A stretch of 64,000 nucleotides of DNA from positions 320,001 to 384,000 of the forward strand of contig CAXXLF010000001.1 of the NCBI GenBank assembly GCA_963664015.2. Reading direction: 5' to 3'. This DNA comes from Candidatus Binatia bacterium (GTDB lineage Bacteria; Desulfobacterota; Binatia; UBA9968; CAXXLF01). Shown here piece by piece: positions 38,174-48,322 of this stretch. The notes under the pieces were generated by a model. The model was not told the origin of the DNA. It saw only the letters and a list, made by a program, of their open reading frames with translations, and searched no databases. The stretch's first letter is position 1, and every line of letters begins with the position of its first letter. Position numbers and translations under genes: made by a program.

Positions 38174-39685
38174 CTACCGGAACATCCCGCGTAAAAATAT
38201 CTTCCCCATTTCCGGATGCCGGAGGATAAAGTTGATCACATCTCTGTGCCGATCAAAACGGGCTTTTTTGCTCACATTGGCCAATATCCCATCCGACTGG
38301 ACGACGCGGAATAAGTCATCGATGTCATTATCAGAGAGTCGCTCGTATAATCGGCGGAAGAAAGCTCCCCTTCGAACCTCTCCGCCTATTTCCTTTCTCC
38401 ATTCCTTTTCATATTTACCAAGTATTGATGCACTAAAATCGCCCTTCTCAAATGCCTCCGTGGCAATCTTGGCCGCCGCCTTAGCGCTTAGAATACCATA
38501 GTAAATTCCGCCGCCCGTAGTCGGTTTGGTTTGACCCGCCGCATCGCCGACCGCTAACACACGGTCCGAATAGGTCCTCTTAAGAGGCGAGATAGGAATG
38601 ACCCATGAACGAATTGGCAAATCGGTGGAATCCACCAGCCCCTGGGAATACAGTTCCACGATCCGCTTTTTTAAGAAGGAACCCGCAGCCGTCTTGGCGC
38701 TAACCCCAACCCGGGCGAACTCCCTGCATCCTCTTCTGAACGGCGCAATCCACCCGAACGAACCGGGTGCTACCTTTGATCCAAGGAAAATCTTTGCACT
38801 CACCAAGCCTTTTAGAGACACCTCCACCTGAGCTGTCTTGAGGAGCTCCCTCGGCTCTCCCATTCCCAGTTTACGCTGCAGTTTATACCTTGGCCCACCG
38901 GCGAGGATAGCCATCCGGGCACGAATGCGCTCAGGGCGAATAGCCAATGGCAAATGGCGAATAGACCCATCCACCCGCGTGTTATCGGTCAATCGTAAAT
39001 TGTCAATCGTACTACGCCGCGCCCCGTTACGGCCCGCATCACTGTCAATCGTTAATCGTGATTGGTCAATCGATCTGCGACCGCCCGCCTTACTCCGCTT
39101 GCCACAGTCAACAGTCAATGGTAATCCGTCATTGGTTTCCAATGGGTCCCCTGCACCTAAATCCCGAGGATCAATAGTCAATTGTAATTCTTTATTATTA
39201 GGTTGGCTGCGATCAGATATTAAGCCTTTACCTCTCCCGCAATTGCCTTCTTGCCTCTTACCCAATTGGCTATTGATGATCGATCCTGTTCTCGCTACTG
39301 TCGCTTCCACATATCCGTCATGCACATCCAAGTCGAGAACCTTGGTTCCCAAATGAAACCTCACACCGCGACTTGAGGCCCTATCCGCGCAATCCCTGTC
39401 AAACGCACCCCGGTCAATAACGTATGCTAAAGGAATACGCGGCGAGAACTTGAATTCCAAGTTGCCTGGAGAAACAAATCTTAGATCAGAAATTGTGTCA
39501 AGCTTAAGATCATCCGCAACGCGCAGCTCTTCAAATGCCTCGGCTCCAATGATTCCAGAACAGTCAACAGGCTCGCCGACAACTTGATGGTCCTCCAGCA
39601 CATGAACGTCAAAGCCCTTCTGGGCAAGGAGGGAAGCCGTGTGACAACCGGCAGGTCCAGCACCGATAACAATGACGTCAAACAT
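38174..39685 (-). CDS. Geranylgeranyl reductase family FAD-dependent oxidoreductase with a ~115-aa internal insertion
   Basis: GAGPAG, C.G.I, IDRGAFD, FGWIAP and VGDAAGQTKPTTGGGIYYG motifs. Residues ~135-250 are repeat-derived. Confidence 0.85.
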   Translation of the reverse strand: MFDVIVIGAGPAGCHTASLLAQKGFDVHVLEDHQVVGEPVDCSGIIGAEAFEELRVADDLKLDTISDLRFVSPGNLEFKFSPRIPLAYVIDRGAFDRDCADRASSRGVRFHLGTKVLDLDVHDGYVEATVARTGSIINSQLGKRQEGNCGRGKGLISDRSQPNNKELQLTIDPRDLGAGDPLETNDGLPLTVDCGKRSKAGGRRSIDQSRLTIDSDAGRNGARRSTIDNLRLTDNTRVDGSIRHLPLAIRPERIRARMAILAGGPRYKLQRKLGMGEPRELLKTAQVEVSLKGLVSAKIFLGSKVAPGSFGWIAPFRRGCREFARVGVSAKTAAGSFLKKRIVELYSQGLVDSTDLPIRSWVIPISPLKRTYSDRVLAVGDAAGQTKPTTGGGIYYGILSAKAAAKIATEAFEKGDFSASILGKYEKEWRKEIGGEVRRGAFFRRLYERLSDNDIDDLFRVVQSDGILANVSKKARFDRHRDVINFILRHPEMGKIFLRGMFR

Positions 39686-39767
39686 AATTAGTGAATCGTA
39701 AATGGCAAATAGCCATTTGATGGGCCGGCGAGCGATAAAAGGTTAATCCGAGCTTATCTATTTGCGT

Positions 39768-40979
39768 TTAGCGATTCGCCATTTGCCGTCGCTGCCGTTG
39801 TAGATATTCGATGAAGAACGCTAAAACAATCCCTAGGCCTAGGCTCAGAACACCGGCAATGATTACATGAGTCCGGGTCTTTGGGCGGGATTTTTGCAAA
39901 GCCGGAATCGCCCGATCCAAGAGTTGCACCACCGCCGTATCTTTGGCCTCCGCGATCTTGGCCTGCACGAGTTGTTGCGTTAGCATCATAAAGACCGCCT
40001 CCTGAACCCGAAGATCCCTGGTGAGCCGAACAAAATCCAGACCTACCTGAGGGAATCTGACGGCCGGCAAATGGAGTTCCTTATTTGTATGCCCAGGATT
40101 GTCTGTCAGAAAAGGGAGATCCAACCCTGCACCAAACTGCGACAGAGCAAGCTGTCTCTTCAATTCCCCGATAGTTCCTTTGAGCTTGATTACTTCAGGG
40201 TTGGATTCAGTGGCAAAGTTTCGTATCATTTGGAGACGAACCTCCGATGCGATGATATCACCCTTAAGCCGCCCATCGATGGAAATGTTCCCTGCCGCCT
40301 GATCCTTCAATGAAATGGCCTTGGTCCTTTCCTGAAATTCCCTCATTGTTTCCTCAGCTCTTTTTAAATGAGCCTGTATTTTTGCTAACTGGCGTTCGAT
40401 AAATATCCGCTCACGTCCCGCAACTCTTGTGCCGAATCGGGCCATCAGTATGTCCAAATGTTTGGGATAAGCGTTGGCTATATCCGCGGCCATTTTCGGG
40501 TCTGTATCCTCAACCTTGATCATGATTAGCCCGCCGTCACTTGCTATACTAATGGAGGTTCCCCCTATCACGGAATTAACAGCATTTTCGATATGCCTAG
40601 ACTTATAATAATCCATGAGATCGAGTTCTTCTACAATGTTTTTGGCTATAATACGACTATTAAGGATACTCCGGAAAAGGTCCGCGTTCGGACGAAACGA
40701 AGAAAACGAGGGAATCGACACGCCGGGGATGTTCTTCCCGGCTCTTGAAGCCGCTATGACGGACAGCAACCCCCCCCCTCTTCCACCCTCCGATGGGCTG
40801 AGAATGGTTGCTGTGGAGATGTAAATTCGTGGGGACATTTTGCTCATGATCAGCGCCCCTGAAACAGAAACTACGAACATGACAGCAATCAACCACTTAT
40901 ATTTCAAAACAACCCACCAATAATCTAGCAGATTAATCTCGTCCTTCTCGGATATTTTCTGGTTTAATTGTTCAGCCAT
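39768..40979 (-). CDS. Wzz/GNVR polysaccharide co-polymerase (no kinase domain)
   Basis: DEINLLDYW, two TM segments, a coiled coil and VQLLDRA.P...SRPK. Confidence 0.8.
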   Translation of the reverse strand: MAEQLNQKISEKDEINLLDYWWVVLKYKWLIAVMFVVSVSGALIMSKMSPRIYISTATILSPSEGGRGGGLLSVIAASRAGKNIPGVSIPSFSSFRPNADLFRSILNSRIIAKNIVEELDLMDYYKSRHIENAVNSVIGGTSISIASDGGLIMIKVEDTDPKMAADIANAYPKHLDILMARFGTRVAGRERIFIERQLAKIQAHLKRAEETMREFQERTKAISLKDQAAGNISIDGRLKGDIIASEVRLQMIRNFATESNPEVIKLKGTIGELKRQLALSQFGAGLDLPFLTDNPGHTNKELHLPAVRFPQVGLDFVRLTRDLRVQEAVFMMLTQQLVQAKIAEAKDTAVVQLLDRAIPALQKSRPKTRTHVIIAGVLSLGLGIVLAFFIEYLQRQRRQMANR

Positions 40980-41081
40980 AGTTGTCTCCAAACCAATCTC
41001 AGAATGTTATTTGTCAATTGTCAAAGGTCGGGTCGTTTGAGTTTTCTAAGGACAATTAATATTACCATGGACTAATCAACC

Positions 41082-43559
41082 CTAGTAGAATATCGCTACC
41101 ATGCTCGCGATGCTAATAGCAACCTGGCCGGCGACGGTTGCGAGTGACTTAATCAGGGCCAGTCTGTCATATTTGATTGACGTGTCAGACGGAGTGACTA
41201 TGACGTCTCCCGGTTCGATATCTCTGAGCTTCATAAAGCCGGCAATCGCGGATCCGTCAGCCTTCAAAAGGTAGATTTCCTTCGGAGCCGCCTGCGGCAA
41301 CAGGCCCCCGGCGCGATTAAGATAGAATTGGAGATCCTTATCCTCCGAATGGAGGACCGCGGTGGGATTTCGAACGCTCCCCAGGACAAGTACGGTCGAT
41401 GGTTTCTGGGGCAACTTGAGTGAATCACCGTCCTCCAGGATGATATCGTTGGCGGACCCTTCGAGCTTGTCTACTTCGTCAAGCCGTATCACGATCCGTC
41501 CTAGCGTAATCTTCGATGCTAAGAGCCTTAGCTGTTCTCTTCTTTGAGGCAAAAGATCATTTTGGGTTTGATCTGCTAGGAGGACTTGTTCCTGCTGATA
41601 CATAAAATCGTTCAGCCTCCTTCGTTCCACTGACTCCACTGACCGCCGTATGAAGACCGAACCTTTTAGAAAAGCCTTATCGGTAAAACCCCCTGCCCGC
41701 CTGATGACTGAACTCAGGTGCTCGCCGCCCGTGACCCTGTAGAGACCGGGTCGAACGACTTCCCCTTCGAGCTTTATCGTGCCCGGCGTCTTGAAGTTGC
41801 TTCGCACCGAGATTAAATCCATTCGCTGAAGGCGGATGTTTTGTGCTTCATCCCCTTCCCACGCCTTACTCAATTCAGCGCTTATAATTTCGGTGGTCAG
41901 ATCTTCCTTGAGCCGGGCAATTTCAACCCGGTCCGAATAGGCTTCAGGTAACAGATTGTCCTTAGCCAAGATGTCGCCCAGACGCATGTCTGACTTTAGC
42001 TCATAGTTCCCTGGATACTTGACCGCCCCCTCCAGCCTTACCGTATTATAAATTCGGGGATCCGTTGGATAAATTTTTACAAAGTCCCCACTGCCCAGGA
42101 TCACTTCTCTTGAGCCATGCCCGTTTCCCCTGTTGCTTGAAAGATCGAGATCGATTACTTCTCTCCCCGCATTCGGTCTCGCCCGTATGACCTGAACACG
42201 CTTCATGTAACTCCGGGGCGTTAATCCTCCGGCCATTTTGATAAGATCCATGATACGTGTCGGCCCGGCGAGCTCGTAGATTGCCGGCCGCATGATTTGT
42301 CCGGCAACCGCAACGCTGGGGCCGATCGGTGGTACAAAGATAGTATCTCCCGATTGTAATTGAAAATCTTTCGTCTTATCGCCACGGAGAAGAAAATCGT
42401 AGAGGTCGACCGTTCCAACCGTATGATTGTTACGCTTGAGCTGTATATTCCTTAGTGAACCAAGCTTCAGCGGACCACCTGCCGCAAACAGTGCGTTCGT
42501 GACTGTAGACAAAGAGCTCAGTGTGAAGGCCCCCGGTTGACAAACTTCACCCACAATATAAACCCGAATAGTCCGAAGCCGTGCCATGGTAACGTTCGCC
42601 TTGAATCCCTTGTAGTAGCGTCCGAGCTGTTTACGGATAATCTCGTCCGCCTGCGAGAATCGGAGCCCCCAAATCCTCAGCGGGCCGGCGCTGGGAAGGG
42701 CGACCTCACCATTTCTGTCCACAGTGAGAATAACCTGGCCCTCCATGGCACCCCAGATGTTCAGCATGAGAGTATCGCCCGGACCCAGAATATAGTTAGG
42801 CCCTACAGGGACATCCTCTACTGGAGCAAATGTGCTTATCGGGGAAGCAAAGAGAGAATAGCCGTATTGGCGAAGGTTCACGGTCTCTCCCGTGTTAAAA
42901 ATAGGTACCCTCATAAACGCGGCTTCGATGGTTGACATTGGTTCGTACAGGAAACCTTCGTCGGATGGAGGGACCATAGCCTGCGCGTCCTGGTCCTTGT
43001 TTTGCGGGGCAGGATTCTTTTCAGTTCGTCTCTGATCCTGCAAATCATTTATCCCGTTCCGTGTTTGGCCCTCCACTTCATACATAAAACCTAAACCAGC
43101 GACACCTTTACGATTGGGTGGAACCCCCATCTGAATTCTATAAGGATCTCGGGGAGACTCCACCAATGGGCCTCCGACCTCCACGGATTCGGCTCTTCGC
43201 TGCGGAATCCTCGGAAGGAAAGGAGGGGGAACTGACACAGCGAGATCACAACGTCTACGTTGCAACTGCAGCCCTTGGAGGTATTCCGTTGATAACTTTT
43301 CGCGCCCCATCGTCGGTGGTTGATAATGGCGATAACCGGGAGGATACACCGGGCTCATACCCGAACCAAAAAAACCTTGCGATCGAGACGCCCGCGGGTT
43401 ATACGGGGATGAGCCAAGATAGGGCCCCAGAAATTGACCCCGCCGTGAATTACCCATTCCGTCATCGCCTGGGAGGTTGCCTTGTGCATTGGCTTGGTAA
43501 CTTGCAATCAGCAAGAGTCCCAACACCATCCCAAACACGAATGATCCCTTAAATTTCAT
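41082..43559 (-). CDS. Large polysaccharide export protein with multiple SLBB domains (Wza/KpsD-like)
   Basis: YILGPGD, GEVCQPG, ALFAAGG and DLYDFLLRGD, with repeated G.V..PG/AGG units. Confidence 0.85.
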   Translation of the reverse strand: MKFKGSFVFGMVLGLLLIASYQANAQGNLPGDDGMGNSRRGQFLGPYLGSSPYNPRASRSQGFFGSGMSPVYPPGYRHYQPPTMGREKLSTEYLQGLQLQRRRCDLAVSVPPPFLPRIPQRRAESVEVGGPLVESPRDPYRIQMGVPPNRKGVAGLGFMYEVEGQTRNGINDLQDQRRTEKNPAPQNKDQDAQAMVPPSDEGFLYEPMSTIEAAFMRVPIFNTGETVNLRQYGYSLFASPISTFAPVEDVPVGPNYILGPGDTLMLNIWGAMEGQVILTVDRNGEVALPSAGPLRIWGLRFSQADEIIRKQLGRYYKGFKANVTMARLRTIRVYIVGEVCQPGAFTLSSLSTVTNALFAAGGPLKLGSLRNIQLKRNNHTVGTVDLYDFLLRGDKTKDFQLQSGDTIFVPPIGPSVAVAGQIMRPAIYELAGPTRIMDLIKMAGGLTPRSYMKRVQVIRARPNAGREVIDLDLSSNRGNGHGSREVILGSGDFVKIYPTDPRIYNTVRLEGAVKYPGNYELKSDMRLGDILAKDNLLPEAYSDRVEIARLKEDLTTEIISAELSKAWEGDEAQNIRLQRMDLISVRSNFKTPGTIKLEGEVVRPGLYRVTGGEHLSSVIRRAGGFTDKAFLKGSVFIRRSVESVERRRLNDFMYQQEQVLLADQTQNDLLPQRREQLRLLASKITLGRIVIRLDEVDKLEGSANDIILEDGDSLKLPQKPSTVLVLGSVRNPTAVLHSEDKDLQFYLNRAGGLLPQAAPKEIYLLKADGSAIAGFMKLRDIEPGDVIVTPSDTSIKYDRLALIKSLATVAGQVAISIASMVAIFY

Positions 43560-43889
43560 ACTACCTCCTGTCCTAGCCGTAATGATAAACTAACCATAGC
43601 GCTGCTTCTTTCGACATATCGATGATGGAGCAGGTCGATCGGGCACTACCCGCTGTTCATCGGAAAGAAAACCAAGAATATTACAAATGATCGACTGATC
43701 GTTCGAGGAAAAGAATTATTCCAACAATGCACTATATCGGAAGTGATCGTAATCGGTAGAAATACTTATTGCAGCGTCATGGTCACAACAGCCACAGCCT
43801 TGTCGAAATAATCTTGTTGTAGGTCCAACTATCTATTTATTTAATAGATAACAGTCTAGACTTTATATCCTCTCCGACCCCTGTCCCTC

Positions 43890-44573
43890 TCACCGACGGT
43901 TGGGTCGAACGGGAAAACCAGCCCACACATTCATCATCCCGAGAACCTCCCGGGAGACAGCAAGAGCGTCCTGGGTATGCCTCCACCAGCGCTCCGGCTG
44001 GTAAGGGTCTTCCTTAGAGTATCGTACCATCGCACGCGGCGAGTTGCCGATTAATGCCCGCCAGGTGGCCCGCACTCTTCGGCTGTGCGGCTTGGAGGTA
44101 ACCAGAATGGCTTTTCGTTCACCCAGGCGTGTCAGTTCACGAGCAATAACCTTTAATTCGCCTACCGTGTTCCGAGCCCCTATATCCAGCAATCGAATTG
44201 CGCTCTCAGGTACCCCTAACCGCTCCAACACTTCTCGATTATATGTTTGCTCGGACGTAACGTGGATTCCCACACGCTCCAAAGCCGTCTCTTCCGTCGT
44301 TTCCTCTGTCTTAGTCAACCATACCTCTGGGGCCCACCCTTGACGGTAAATAGACGCGGCTTCCATGGCGCGAAATGGAATATGACCTGAAAGGACGACA
44401 ATGGTTCGAGCATGATCCAGCGGATCCGCTATCACCAGCCAGCGCCCCAGGAGACTGAGTCCGGGGACCGTAAAAGCGGCGAGCCCAAGCAGGATAATCA
44501 CGGGAATGAATACACGCCGCCACCTGGCTATCTTTATCCCCGATAGCAGACTTTTCGATAGGACATATCCCAT
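43890..44573 (-). CDS. YdcF/ElyC (DUF218) family protein
   Basis: IVVLSG, NT..E, LVTSKPHSRR and RE motifs. Confidence 0.75.
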   Translation of the reverse strand: MGYVLSKSLLSGIKIARWRRVFIPVIILLGLAAFTVPGLSLLGRWLVIADPLDHARTIVVLSGHIPFRAMEAASIYRQGWAPEVWLTKTEETTEETALERVGIHVTSEQTYNREVLERLGVPESAIRLLDIGARNTVGELKVIARELTRLGERKAILVTSKPHSRRVRATWRALIGNSPRAMVRYSKEDPYQPERWWRHTQDALAVSREVLGMMNVWAGFPVRPNRR

Positions 44574-44669
44574 TGTCTCTAAATGTTTCAGTTTTCCGGT
44601 CCCACTTGGTAAAATTCACCCCCAAATACTCTTCTTCTTTTTCACTGCCACCCATTGTCTTAAAACTTA

Positions 44670-45464
44670 TTAGAATTTTCTCCCTCTGTTCTCCCATTTC
44701 CCGTGAAAAGTGATCCAAAAAGATAGAGCTATTAGCTTCAGGTCCAACCAGAAGTTTTGTTTTTTTATGTAAAGCCGGTCGTATACGAATTTTTGTCTTC
44801 GAAGAACATCCCTCGGAGCATAGATTTGCGCCATACCGGTAAGACCTGGTGGCACTTGATGTCGCACTTCGTAACCCGGGATCTCCTCTATTCGAATTAC
44901 TTTTCCGCTCCCATTAACCTCAATCTCTTCAGGAACTAAAGCTCGTGGACCAACGAAACTCATATCACCAATTAAAATATTCCACAGTTGAGGCAACTCG
45001 TCCAAAGCCGTTGCACGCAAGATCTTTCCAACGTTGGTAATTCGGTTATCGTTTTCGGCCGCCTGCAACGGTCCGAACCTCTCATCAGAATCAGGGACCA
45101 TGGAACGGAATTTCCAGCTTCTAAATGTCCTTCCTTGCAGTCCAACCCTCTTCTGATCATAAAAGATCGGACCACCATCTTCCACCTTAATGCAGACCGC
45201 AACAATGCCCCAGAAGGGCAAAGACCCAAGCAACCCCAATCCCGCCAGCCCCAAATCGAATATCCGCTTGGTTCTTGAAAAATGGCATGCATGCTTGAAT
45301 GCACTGCTCTCGCCCCGAGTCGAGCCAAAATCTCTATATCCAGCTTCCTTCCTAACGGAAGGTATCGCCGCTGAGTCTCCCATCGTTCGGGTTTCATTTT
45401 GATAGAGCACACACTCGGCATTTCCATTCGGTCGAATCTTAAGCGGTTCGAATTCCTTGTTCAC
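44670..45464 (-). CDS. Bacterial sugar transferase (initiating phosphoglycosyl transferase)
   Basis: KRIFD, KFRSM, LDELPQLWNI..GDMSFVGPR and PGLTG.AQ motifs. Confidence 0.92.
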   Translation of the reverse strand: MNKEFEPLKIRPNGNAECVLYQNETRTMGDSAAIPSVRKEAGYRDFGSTRGESSAFKHACHFSRTKRIFDLGLAGLGLLGSLPFWGIVAVCIKVEDGGPIFYDQKRVGLQGRTFRSWKFRSMVPDSDERFGPLQAAENDNRITNVGKILRATALDELPQLWNILIGDMSFVGPRALVPEEIEVNGSGKVIRIEEIPGYEVRHQVPPGLTGMAQIYAPRDVLRRQKFVYDRLYIKKQNFWLDLKLIALSFWITFHGKWENRGRKF

Positions 45465-46696
45465 TATTTACCCCTGTTTGCATGAGCCTGAAAGAATATT
45501 TTCTCATACTGCTGCATTACCTTTTCCTTCGAAAAGTGACATTGAAGATAGGCTCGTCCATTTTCTCCTAAAGAGTCGCGTTCGCGCTGTGTGAGCCCCG
45601 ATAGATGTAACACGGCCTTCGACATCTCTTTTGGGTCTCCGGGTGGAACCACAAGCCCGGCTTTTGCCTGAGTAAGTAACCTGGCTCCTTCTCCGTTCAT
45701 CGCCATGATAATAGGCCGGCCACTGGCTAGGTAGGCCAAGGTTTTTCCGGGGATTACAAGGTCGAGCATACCAGGCTCCTTGAGGTGCACCAGAAGGATA
45801 TCTGCACAAGATAAAAACGTTGGGATATCGGATATGGGCTGGCTTTCAATAAACAACACGTTTTGCAACGCCAGCTCTTTGACGAGCAAAACTAATCGTT
45901 CGCGATCAATCCCATCACCAACCAAAACAAATATGATATCTTTATTTTCGCGTAGTATCTCGGCACAACAGACAACGGTTTCCAGCCCTTGCAGATAACC
46001 CATATTGCCGGTGTACATAATTACCAACCGATCGCCCAGTCTATACCGAGCTCGAATATCAAGATCTTTACCCCTGGAGTCAAGAGTAAACCGAGCAATA
46101 TCTACCCATAGTCCAGCAGCTGTGATTTTATCAGGAGGAACCCCCTTATTGACCAGATTGTTCTTGGCTCCGGACGTTACAACAAGCAGGTGTTCCGCTC
46201 TTTTATAGACGAATCTCTCCATTTGGTGGATCGCACGAACCACTAGGGGATTGCTAATCTTTCCTGCTGCAATAAGACTTTCCGGCCAGATGTCTTGCAC
46301 ATCGTAAACGAAAGGCGCACGTTTCACGAACCCTATTAGCCATGCCGCGATACCGATAGTAAGCGGTGGGTGCCAAACATAGATCAAATCACACGGCGGA
46401 GAAAAACAACCTGCCACCATTGCCGAGAGCAAAAAGGAAAAGTAGCTTACAATCCGGCCCAATGCCGAATGCCCATGATAGGGAAACACAATACATCGAA
46501 TGACCGGGACACCATCCACGTCTTCCCTTTGGAATAAACGCAGCCTGTACCCCGCATATACCCGGCCCAGGGGATAGTTTGGAATACCGGTGATAACTGA
46601 TACGGTGTGGCCACGCTTGGTTAGGGCACAGGCCAGGTCGGACGGCTTTGGAACCGGCTCCGGGTCATAATATTGTGACAGAATCAGTATCCGCAT
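45464..46696 (-). CDS. GT4 glycosyltransferase (WbuB-like)
   Basis: ILSQYY.PE, PNYP.G, QDIWPES, YTGNMG..QGL and PGK...YLASGRP motifs. Confidence 0.85.
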   Translation of the reverse strand: MRILILSQYYDPEPVPKPSDLACALTKRGHTVSVITGIPNYPLGRVYAGYRLRLFQREDVDGVPVIRCIVFPYHGHSALGRIVSYFSFLLSAMVAGCFSPPCDLIYVWHPPLTIGIAAWLIGFVKRAPFVYDVQDIWPESLIAAGKISNPLVVRAIHQMERFVYKRAEHLLVVTSGAKNNLVNKGVPPDKITAAGLWVDIARFTLDSRGKDLDIRARYRLGDRLVIMYTGNMGYLQGLETVVCCAEILRENKDIIFVLVGDGIDRERLVLLVKELALQNVLFIESQPISDIPTFLSCADILLVHLKEPGMLDLVIPGKTLAYLASGRPIIMAMNGEGARLLTQAKAGLVVPPGDPKEMSKAVLHLSGLTQRERDSLGENGRAYLQCHFSKEKVMQQYEKIFFQAHANRGK

Positions 46697-46750
46697 CGAA
46701 GTCCAAAAAAGCGAACACGGCACAATTCAACACACTTCATCATTAAGACT

Positions 46751-48292
46751 TCATGAGACATCCGCCTCCAAGGAGTTGAAGCCGGTGCTTTCCTTATTTT
46801 TCACGAATTCAGATCGATTGATGAGCTTCCAAGCGATGGTTCGGACACGCTCCAGCGTGTCGGCAGAAACAGGAGTGTTTTTCAAAATAGAACTCGTCCA
46901 TTTCATCGCATCAGGGTCAAAATCGGGGGAAAGGTAACCTTCCCGGATCACCATATCGAAGAGGCCTGTTCCCGGAAAGGGCACTATGATAAAGAATGAG
47001 GCCGCGGCCAATCCTTCCTCGACATGCCGCTTTGCCATCATAATGGTTTCCATCATCTCTTCGAACGTCTCATCTGGGTACCCGATAGTATAATTACCGA
47101 GAGGCGTAATCCCCAGATCTCGCGCGAGACGGATAAGAGCCGATGTATTCGTCCTGTTAATCCTCCATTTGTTCGAAGCATACTTATTAATAATTCGCTG
47201 GCTTCCGGATTCAAAAGGCAAGGTTAGTAATTTAAATCCGCAATCCGCCATCGCTCCCATCAACTCCTTGTCCACCACAAGGTTCCCATTTCCTGAATTC
47301 TTAAATAGATGACACAGGTTAACGCCATTCACATCCACCAAATTTAGGTTTTTCGATTTCAGTGCCTGAAATATTTTAATAATTCGAGCTTTCTTGGCTA
47401 ACAGGCTGTCATCCTCAAAAAACAGGTACTCGACGCCCAAATCTTTCAAAATATCGATTTCATCCATTACCCTCTCGAACGACTTCATCCGAAAGTTTCC
47501 GATTTCTCCCGCAGGGGATCCTTCCTTTTCCTTCGAGATATGGCAGTAAAGGCATGAAAAAGGACACCCCCTCGTAGTCATCATGGACGCATACTGGATC
47601 CTCATTCCAGGGGCGAAATCCCCGCCGTGAGGCCTTGAGATATCCCAATACTTATTCATCGGTAAAAGATCCCAGGCTGGAAAGGGGAGTTGATCCAGGT
47701 CGTAAACGATATCTTTCGTATCGTTAAACACTACGTTACCATCGTTTTTGACAGCTATGCCTGATATTCTCGAAAAATCGCGGCTGCCATCCCGTAACGT
47801 ATTCCCGATTTGTACTATAGTTTTCTCCGCCTCCGAAAGGCAAATTACATCCACCCCGCTATCGAAGAACCGCTCCGCAAGATAACGGGCATTAACACCG
47901 CCTGCAATGATTAGTTTAGTCGGATCTATTTCCTTAATTAATTTAACCAGGTCCAACACCATGGTTGTTTGCATCGTGAAAATCGAGGAAATCCCTACGA
48001 CGTCATAATCTGCGATCTCCGCTGCGATACGCTCTTTCGACATTCCCACTCGGACGAATCCGCTTGGAAGCATGATAGGATGATAAAAGGTATCTTTTAG
48101 ATCGTCCTTCTCATTACCAACGCAGGCATCCAGGATCTTCACCTCAAATTGCGCTTCCCTTAAAGCCCCGGCAATATATGGAAGACTTAGAGAACCATCG
48201 GGCTTTACTGAATCTTGCGCCGCAAATTGGAGCGGCGAATACATGAGCATAAATCGTGGCTCACGCTTTACGCTTAACGGGCTTATACTCAT
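46751..48292 (-). CDS. Cobalamin-binding radical SAM enzyme
   Basis: N-terminal B12 domain (DVVGISS, IIAGG), TRGCPFSCLYC, FEDD, ESGS and PFPGT motifs. Confidence 0.9.
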   Translation of the reverse strand: MSISPLSVKREPRFMLMYSPLQFAAQDSVKPDGSLSLPYIAGALREAQFEVKILDACVGNEKDDLKDTFYHPIMLPSGFVRVGMSKERIAAEIADYDVVGISSIFTMQTTMVLDLVKLIKEIDPTKLIIAGGVNARYLAERFFDSGVDVICLSEAEKTIVQIGNTLRDGSRDFSRISGIAVKNDGNVVFNDTKDIVYDLDQLPFPAWDLLPMNKYWDISRPHGGDFAPGMRIQYASMMTTRGCPFSCLYCHISKEKEGSPAGEIGNFRMKSFERVMDEIDILKDLGVEYLFFEDDSLLAKKARIIKIFQALKSKNLNLVDVNGVNLCHLFKNSGNGNLVVDKELMGAMADCGFKLLTLPFESGSQRIINKYASNKWRINRTNTSALIRLARDLGITPLGNYTIGYPDETFEEMMETIMMAKRHVEEGLAAASFFIIVPFPGTGLFDMVIREGYLSPDFDPDAMKWTSSILKNTPVSADTLERVRTIAWKLINRSEFVKNKESTGFNSLEADVS

Positions 48293-48322
48293 CTAAGAAC
48301 CCCCTTCCCGTGGAACAATCGC

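Noticed and set aside
38935-39285. CRISPR array in the repeat-spacer-like insert
   Set aside because: The repeats are variable heptamer clusters rather than identical 23-47-nt direct repeats, the region lies inside an ORF, and no cas genes are present.
43560-43889. ops/JUMPStart element in the AT-rich gap upstream of the export gene
   Set aside because: No GGCGGTAG match was found on the coding strand.
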